A stretch of 64,000 nucleotides of DNA from Octopus sinensis (Eukaryota): contig NC_043013.1 of the NCBI RefSeq assembly GCF_006345805.1, positions 29,388,001 through 29,452,000 on the forward strand. The letters are read 5' to 3'. How positions within the stretch are numbered: the first letter of the stretch is position 1; every line of letters starts with the position of its first letter. Below the pieces are notes generated by a model. That model worked only from the letters and a program-made list of their open reading frames with translations, searched no databases and was not told where the DNA came from. Positions 54,290 through 64,000 of the stretch are shown one piece after another. The translations under genes and the position numbers were made by a program.

Positions 54290-54800
54290 CTAGGGACCAA
54301 AATCGGAAAATATACTTCGTGGCGTATAGGCAGCTTCAAAACTTTCGCTTAAAGCATTGAAACAGAGTAGGTTCCTGTGAGCACTTTAGAATAAACCACT
54401 TTTCTGCAATACTGATCCCGCATCTTCTGACATCGTTGATATATATCATAGTTTGCGTTTGTTTTAAGGATCTTCTAGTTGATTGAGTGATGGATCTCTC
54501 TTTCAAATCTCAAATTTGGTTGGAGACCTTTGTAGTTTTAGGTTTGTTCCAGTATCTAAAGGAGGAGGTATAGTTATTGAAACTTGACTTAAAGTTACCT
54601 TCCATAAGCCCTACATACTTCTTAATGCAGTCTGATGCATTAGTTTTATCTGACTGAGGCTTCATATGTTATAGTCTCTGTAGTATCGATACTGCCTTGT
54701 GGACAGTTTTCTGTGAATACGAGAACAGCTGGCGCCTCTAGGTGCTGGATGTTGGCTGGGGTGGGGAGGGCTATGCTAAACTAAAACTAATCTTCAATTG
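54290..54800 (-). mobile_element. Second, unrelated Penelope-like GIY-YIG endonuclease relic
   Basis: ENCPQG...ITYEASV/...KKYVGLMEGNFKSSFNNYTSSFR...KVSNQI*DLKE...RRCGISIAEKWFIL. Confidence 0.8.
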
Positions 54801-55206
54801 TGTCTAAGATTCCTCGTATTCACGTCAGGGAAGTTTTTCCAAATTTGGTTGTGACATCTGTAGAATTATATATATACACACAATGATATATATAATTTAG
54901 ATGTATTGAGCACACCTCACATATTTGTTCAGCATAAAAGAACGTGAACATGCATGTATGCATAACACATGCCAAATGAGCAAGTCAGACTGAATGAATG
55001 TTTATCAAGCATAAACTTATTCACTATGCCCTTATATATATATATATATAAATAAAATAAATATAAGAGAGTGGTCACTATATGGCTCACTCTAGCACCA
55101 GTTAATCCAAAAGGTTTCAACCACAAATACATGTTTCCCATGAAAGTCAGTACGATTGTTAGCTCACACGGACAGGGCAAATAAAAATAACAAAAATACA
55201 GATTAT

Positions 55207-55283
55207 TTTGGGACAATTGTTCGCTTTAATGAATTAAATGTAATTTTACTTACAAAAAAATCACTTGTAGCTCCTCAGCCAAA
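55207..55283 (-). ncRNA. Type I hammerhead motif in the adjacent monomer (GUC site; one A missing from GAAA)
   Basis: UUUGG-CUGAGGA-GCU...AGC-GA-ACAAUUGU-C-CCAAA. Confidence 0.7.
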
Positions 55284-55734
55284 CTATCTGGATGAAATCC
55301 ACTCAATCACACGCCAGATTTTACCATAACGATAAATACGCGTGTGGTTCAATTGATTACATCCGACGTTATAATTCAAATGGCCCCAACTAACAGCGCG
55401 CCAAACTTTCACGGAAAACAAATACAGCATTTAGAAATAAATGCAGCTAATTATAATTAATTAATAAGGGTGAGAGAATTAGATACTAATTTAATAGTAT
55501 ATCTATTCAACACCAAGTGGCCTAGTGCTCCGAGAAACCTGGATTATTATAATATTTTATAATATATTATAATATTTTTACAAAATAAATATAAGAGAGT
55601 GGTCACTATATGGCTCACTCTAGCACCAGTTAATCCAAAAGGTTTCAACCACAAAAATACGTTTCCCATGAAAGTCAGTACGATTGTTAGCTCACACGGA
55701 CAGGGCAAATAAAAAATAACAAAAATACAGATTA

Positions 55735-55816
55735 TTTTGGTACAATTGTTTCGCTATTAATGAATTAAATGTAATTTTACTTACAAAAAAATCCACTTGT
55801 AGCTCCTCAGCCAAAA
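55735..55816 (-). ncRNA. Type I hammerhead ribozyme with intact core
   Basis: Minus strand: UUUUGG-CUGAGGA-GCUA(43 nt)UAGC-GAA-ACAAUUGU-A-CCAAAA. Helix I is 6 bp, helix II 4 bp, helix III a palindrome. GUA cleavage falls between 55741 and 55740. Confidence 0.85.
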
Positions 55817-56484
55817 CTATCTGGATGAAATCCACTCAATCACACGCCAGATTTTACATAACGATAAATACGCGTGTGGTTCAATTGATTACATCCGACG
55901 TTATAATTCAAATGCCCCAACTAACAGCGCGCCAAACTTTCACGGAAAACAAATACAGCATTTAGAAATAAATGCAGCATATTATAATTAATTAATAAGG
56001 ATGAGAGAATTAGATACTAATTTATAGTATATCTATTCAACACCAAGTGGCCTAGTGCTCCGAGAAACCTGGATTATTAATATTTTATAATATATTATAA
56101 TATTTTTACAAAATAAATATAAGAGAGTGGTCACTATATGGCTCACTCTAGCACCAGTTAATCCAAAAGGTTTCAACCACAAAAATACGTTTCCCATGAA
56201 AGTCAGTACGATTGTTAGCTCACACGGACAGGGCAAATAAAAAATAACAATATATGCATGTGTGTATGTGTGTGTGTGTGTTGTGTGTGTGTGTATGCGT
56301 ATATGTATTGTATGTATTGTATACAATAATAAACTAGTTTTTGTAGTTGTTATGGAAAACGTTCATAAAAACTGCTGAATGAGATGTGAAGCTATAGTAA
56401 CTAAAGAGTTTCATTAATTCGAATTTTAACGTAAAGTCCCATGATTGAACACTTTGCATATTAACAGTATGAGTAGTCTTGGAA

Positions 56485-56584
56485 NNNNNNNNNNNNNNNN
56501 NNNNNNNNNNNNNNNNNNNNNNNNNNNNNNNNNNNNNNNNNNNNNNNNNNNNNNNNNNNNNNNNNNNNNNNNNNNNNNNNNNNN
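56485..56584. other. Assembly gap (100 N)
   Basis: Run of N. Confidence 1.
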
Positions 56585-59236
56585 TGTTCTTACGTAGACG
56601 AACGTCTCGTGGTGGTTCGGCGAATCGGTCGGTTAACCGTCGAACCATCTGACCAACATAAAGTTTATTGCAAAGATTGCACCTGATACAGTAAATAAGG
56701 CTTGGAGAAGTGGAAAAGAAGGAGTTCCTAATGTAGAGGGTGTGCTGGTTGGATCCAGTGAAGGAAGTGGTGTTGATGAAAGGTCAGATGTGGCAACGGG
56801 GTCTGGACCAAGGGAAGGATCGGGGTTGGGTGCGAATGGAGGAGGGGAGGGTGCCACAGAGTAGTAAATCGCATAGGCTACGGGCGTGATGGGGATCTAG
56901 ATGGAGACGACGGAAGATACGCAGGATCTTCCTCTAAAGGGGGTAGTGTGGTGGAAGTAGAAAAGAAGGGGAAAGGGGATGTGGCTGGGGACCGGCGCGG
57001 GAAAGGAGAGAGGGCGGTGGTGCGATCGGTTTGAGAGTACGGGTAAGGGCTGTTTGGACAAGGGTGGATGGTATCCTCGACGCGTGAACAAGAGGGCCAG
57101 GTGCACACATATGCACATACATAAACACATATTTATACCACGCATGCTTCCGCACATGTGCGTGCATATTTACATAAACGTATAGAAATTTATAATGTTA
57201 ATGAAATCTATAAATTAATATGAAATAATAATAATAATGGAAATAAGTTATAGAATTTCTTGCTGATTTATGTAGCTAGGGACCAAAATCGGAAAATATA
57301 CTTCGTGGCGTATAGGCAGCTTCAAAACTTTCGCTTAAAGCATTGAAACAGAGTAGGTTCCTGTGAGCACTTTAGAATAAACCACTTTTCTGCAATACTG
57401 ATCCCGCATCTTCTGACATCGTTGATATATATCATAGTTTGCGTTTGTTTTAAGGATCTTCTAGTTGATTGAGTGATGGATCTCTCTTTCAAATCTCAAA
57501 TTTGGTTGGAGACCTTTGTAGTTTTAGGTTTGTTCCAGTATCTAAAGGAGGAGGTATAGTTATTGAAACTTGACTTAAAGTTACCTTCCATAAGCCCTAC
57601 ATACTTCTTAATGCAGTCTGATGCATTAGTTTTATCTGACTGAGGCTTCATATGTTATAGTCTCTGTAGTATCGATACTGCCTTGTGGACAGTTTTCTGT
57701 GAATACGAGAACAGCTGGCGCCTCTAGGTGCTGGATGTTGGCTGGGGTGGGGAGGGCTATGCTAAACTAAAACTAATCTTCAATTATGTCTAAGATTCCT
57801 CGTATTCACGTCAGGGAAGTTTTTCCAAATTTGGTTGTGACATCTGTAGAATTATATATATACACACAATGATATATATAATTTAGATGTATTGAGCACA
57901 CCTCACATATTTGTTCAGCATAAAAGAACGTGAACATGCATGTATGCATAACACATGCCAAATGAGCAAGTCAGACTGAATGAATGTTTATCAAGCATAA
58001 ACTTATTCACTATGCCCTTATATATATATAATATATAAATAAAAATAAATATAAGAGAGTGGTCACTATATGGCTCACTCTAGCACCAGTTAATCCAAAA
58101 GGTTTCAACCACAAATACATGTTTCCCATGAAAGTCAGTACGATTGTTAGCTCACACGGACAGGGCAAATAAAAATAACAAAAATACAGATTATTTTGGG
58201 ACAATTGTTCGCTTTAATGAATTAAATGTAATTTTACTTACAAAAAAATCACTTGTAGCTCCTCAGCCAAACTATCTGGATGAAATCCACTCAATCACAC
58301 GCCAGATTTTACCATAACGATAAATACGCGTGTGGTTCAATTGATTACATCCGACGTTATAATTCAAATGGCCCCAACTAACAGCGCGCCAAACTTTCAC
58401 GGAAAACAAATACAGCATTTAGAAATAAATGCAGCTAATTATAATTAATTAATAAGGGTGAGAGAATTAGATACTAATTTAATAGTATATCTATTCAACA
58501 CCAAGTGGCCTAGTGCTCCGAGAAACCTGGATTATTATAATATTTTATAATATATTATAATATTTTTACAAAATAAATATAAGAGAGTGGTCACTATATG
58601 GCTCACTCTAGCACCAGTTAATCCAAAAGGTTTCAAACACAAAAATACGTTTCCCATGAAAGTCAGTACGATTGTTAGCTCACACGGACAGGGCAAATAA
58701 AAAATAACAAAAATACAGATTATTTTGGTACAATTGTTTCGCTATTAATGAATTAAATGTAATTTTACTTACAAAAAATCCACTGTAGCCTCAGCCAAAC
58801 TATCTGGATGAAATCCACTCAATCACACCCAATTTTACCATAACGATAATATCGCGGTGTGGTTCATTGATTACATCCGACGTATAATTCAAATGCCCCA
58901 ACTAACAGCGCGCCAAACTTTCACAAAACAATACAGCATTTAGAAATAAATGCAGCATAATTATATTAATTAATAAGGATGAGAAATTAGATACTAATTT
59001 AATAGTATATCTATTCAACACCAATGGCCTAGTGCTCCGAGAAACCTGGATTATTATATTTTATAATATTATAATATTTTTACAAAATAATATAAGAGAG
59101 TGGTCACTATATGCTCACTCTAGCACCAGTTAATCCAAAAAGGTTTCAAACACAAAAATACATGTTTCCCATGAAAGTCAGTACGATTGTTTAGCTCACA
59201 CGGACAGGGCAAATAAAAATAACAATATATGCATGT

Positions 59237-59268
<32 letters not shown>

Positions 59269-59462
59269 ATGCGTATATGTATGTATGTATTGTAATACAA
59301 TAAATAAACTAGTTTTTGTAGTTGTATGTATGAAAAGCGTTCATAAAACTGCATGAATGAGATGTGAAGCTATAGTAACTAAAGAGTTCATTAATTCGAA
59401 TTTTAACGTAAAGTCCCATGATTTGAACACTTTGCATATTAACAGTATGAGTAGTCTTGGAA
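56585..59462. repeat. 2.9-kb direct duplicate of 53599-56484 (Penelope relics + hammerhead array) after a 100-N gap
   Basis: Sequence is near-identical on both sides of Ns 56485-56584. The second copy has many small indels. Hammerhead motifs lie at 58195-58271 and 58723-58799. Confidence 0.9.
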
Positions 59463-61234
59463 TTTCAACTGTTTCGGCAAATTCCAGGTTTCTTTTTTTT
59501 TTTTTTGCACCACGTTGTATATAAACAGCAAAATTCTCTTCCGACTCTCTTTGTTAAGCTGCTGGTGAGATATAATGCATACGTATATTTTTATGAACGT
59601 TTGCTTGCTAGAAATTCAATCCGGTGAAGATGTAGAGAATATTTGCATTTATCTCAATATATAGATCGAGTTAAGTGTTTCTTTGTTAAAGCATTTTATT
59701 TGAAGATATGCAACAATAAAATATATGCTGGGAGCGAATATGACCTTCCGATTGTTCAGCAAAAAACATTTCGTGTTAGTTTGATGATATTATGGAGAAG
59801 GGAAGTCGTTCTCACGTTCGTTGAAATTTGTAAAGAAAAACAACAACCCCAGAAACTGCGGTAATAAGCAAAAGTAGTTAAGTGGGAAGGCAACTTGCTT
59901 ATTGTTACCGTATTTTGCGGAATTCAATTCGAATTCTTCAGATCAAAATTTACAAGAAGAAAAAAAGAGTTAGGTCAACATACAGTCCAAGATGACTTTA
60001 GAAGACCAAATATTTCATGTGAAATGAAGCGGGATTTGGAAAGATGGTGACGATGCTTGAATGTTTACACTACAGTTTTACGTGATATACAACGTCGACT
60101 TGTATGTCAAAGAATACGGTAAAGAATTGGTAGATACATAACTTTACTTGGTGCCTTTTTTCATGCCTTCAAATTCTTGCGTATTTACCCGTGACTTAAG
60201 TTCTATTCAATACACACGTATGTCTGGTTTGAATTCTTGCTCGTACATTCAAGATATACGTATACGAGTTATAGTGTATAATATAACATTTCGGGAAAAG
60301 TAGGTTCTGGGTGCAGTAAAATAACTGAGGTGAAAAGAAGTCTGTATGAATGAAATAAAACGACGTAGCATAACCATGAGCAGTTATAAAATAAACGACG
60401 TAAAATAGAACTGAATTTGATTGAAATATAAATGAAATAAAATGGACGAGATGAATATAGAGGGTTGTAAAATGTTATATGGGAGTGTAGAACGCCGTTT
60501 GCTAGGTTAATGTAGTGTTCTAGCAGGAAGGCGGAAAGAAAGGATAAATATTCTTTGAAGTTCTAACAGAGTTTATGTGTTCCCAAAAGACGTCACACGG
60601 GGTCCTATGCATAGGTATAAAATACGTTGTTAGAATTCGGGTATATATTCATACACACATACATATATACATATATATGGGTGTGTGTATGTGTGTGTGT
60701 GTGAGTGTGTGCGTGTATAGACATGTTCTATTAAGTATATTTAGAACACGTCCTAATTCGTACAAAAATAAAGTGGATCTACATGAAAGTTCTCAATGAA
60801 ATATTTATGTGGTATTAAAGAATTTCAGGTATATGAATTTAGTTAATGAAATAGAAAGAATTTTGATATTAGAAACAAAACCTTAGTTTAGAAGTCACAT
60901 ATTGAAAACATATACGCGTGGGCACGGAAATAGGGATTGCAAGTGGTGCAAATGAACTCCCTAGAATTTTTGTTGTGGGTGCAAAATCAAAATTTGCACC
61001 CTTACTTAGTTTTCTCAGGTTTAGGAAACTGAATAAAAAGTGATCTGTAACTAGAAGCTAGAAGTTAGGTTTCTTCTCAAGGAACAAAGGACAAGAATTT
61101 AAAAAAACAATAAGAACATGCTTGTAAAAATTTGGGCACCTGCGTTTGCATCCCCCAAGCAAATTTCGTTCCTGAGCCAGAGCATATATGCGTTCGAGTG
61201 AATGAATGTATTATGTGCGAGTATATACATAAAT

Positions 61235-62620
<1,386 letters not shown>

Positions 62621-63252
62621 ATATGATGTGAGTGTACGTTTATATATGTAAATAATGTGTGTGCTTCTGTGTAAGTATGTATGTCTGTATGTACGTACGT
62701 CCGTATGTACGTACGTCTGTATGCCTGTGGGTGGGTGTTCTCAAAGAGTGCATATCTATTAGTGGGCGATATGGAAGGAGGAGCTATATGAGTAGGAGAA
62801 ACTAGACGTGATTTTTTTTTATCAGGTCACGTTGACCAATATTATCTACGGTGATATGTACTTTAACATAGAAAATTTGACGTCTATCTCGATGTTTTGT
62901 GGAAAGACAGCGCAGCATATGACGCGCGCACGTACACACATGCACACACATGTACACACATGCACGCACATATATACACACACACACACACACAGATACA
63001 TATATCTATATGTGTGACTATATGTACGTATGCATGGATGCATTTATGTTTGTACGTATGTCGGTATGTATAATTGTATGTGTCTACGTATGCAGGTAGC
63101 TATTATATGTACAAATATATGTTGATAAAGTGATATCGGTATGTTTCATGTGTGTATAAAATATGCACACGTACACAATATATGTTTATCTCTGATTGAT
63201 TATATATATATATAAATGCATGTATATGTGTGTATATATATATGTATATATG

Positions 63253-63285
<33 letters not shown>

Positions 63286-63289
63286 ATAC

Positions 63290-63677
63290 GGCGCAGGAGT
63301 GGCTGTGTGGTAAGTAGCTTGCTTACCAACCACATGGTTCCGGGTTCAGCCCCACTGCGTGGCACCTTCCACAAGGGTCTTCTACTATAGCTCCGGACGG
63401 AGCAAAGCCATATGTGTGGATTTGGTAGACGGAAACTGAAGGAAGCCCATCGTATATAGATATGTATGTATATGTTAATTGTGTCTGTGTTTGTCCCCTA
63501 CTATCGCTTGACAACCGATACTGGTGTGATTACGTCCCCGTGACTTAGCGGTTCGGCAAAAGAAACCGATATAATAAGTACTAGACTTACAAAGAATAAG
63601 TCCTGCGGTCGATATATTCGACTAAAGGTGGTGCTCCGGCATGGTCGCAGTGAAATGACTGAAATAAGTAAAAGAGT
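63290..63677 (+). mobile_element. SINE family 1, full length
   Basis: Same head, central block and tail. Confidence 0.85.
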
Positions 63678-63939
63678 ATATAATATATATGTAATAATGC
63701 GAAGATTCCCGGTCTGGTTTGAAACCACTAGTGGCTGTCATTGAATTTTACAAGAAACTTTTAGTATGGGTTCTGTTTTTCTTCTAGTCCAGAATGACCA
63801 CAGCCTTTGGGCTGAAACGCCAGAAAGAATAAAAATTGTTCTCGTAGTTAGTCCTCCGATATATATATATATAATATAATATTAATATATATATATATAT
63901 CTATATATAATACTATATATATTTTGTGTGTTTTGTATG

Positions 63940-64000
63940 TGTGTGTACCGTCGGCAATTTTTTTCTCCGTCTTCCTTCTTTGGATCTTTCTTTTTCCATG
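63940..64000 (+). mobile_element. Start of a third copy of the 30.2/36.4-kb repeat family (runs off the window)
   Basis: GTACCGTCGGCAATTTT...CTCCGTCTTCCTTCTTTGGATCTTTC matches 30221-30280. Confidence 0.7.

Larger units (their letters stand above)
55051..56250 (-). repeat. Tandem array of ~528-bp non-coding monomers (2 full + 1 partial); each full monomer has a hammerhead motif
   Basis: The anchor GTGGTCACTA recurs at 55071, 55599 and 56127 (period 528). Confidence 0.92.

Noticed and set aside
55051-59225. CRISPR-like or satellite interpretation of the 528-bp repeats
   Set aside because: There are no short repeats with unique spacers, the context is eukaryotic, and the copy number is low. 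The ribozyme motif explains the unit better.

Overview
AT-rich eukaryotic DNA saturated with microsatellites. From the SINE families and repeat composition I recognise it as cephalopod (Octopus-like); this is recognition from memory, not a database result. I find no credible intact host gene, and nearly all ORF-track entries are translations of (TA)n, (TATC)n, (TACA)n, (CA)n, (GA)n and (GAA)n tracts. The window is a retroelement graveyard. It holds a 5'-truncated, frameshifted Tx1/L1-clade LINE (31.7-35.4 kb) plus two further fragments, R4/Dong-type, I-group and RTE-derived LINE relics, and two distinct Penelope (GIY-YIG) relics. It also holds Tc1/mariner and hAT MITEs and at least four tRNA-derived SINE families. 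The main discovery is a dispersed set of minimal type I hammerhead ribozyme motifs with palindromic helix III, in several unrelated microsatellite-embedded repeats. The best case is a tandem array of ~528-nt non-coding monomers (55.05-56.25 kb) whose two full monomers each carry a hammerhead, one with an intact core. It lies next to Penelope relics and is a candidate retrozyme/circRNA system. A second theme is a SINE whose 3' tail matches the Tx1 LINE 3' end and which recurs inside its own family at a fixed position. The 2.9-kb duplication across the 100-N gap is probably an assembly artefact.
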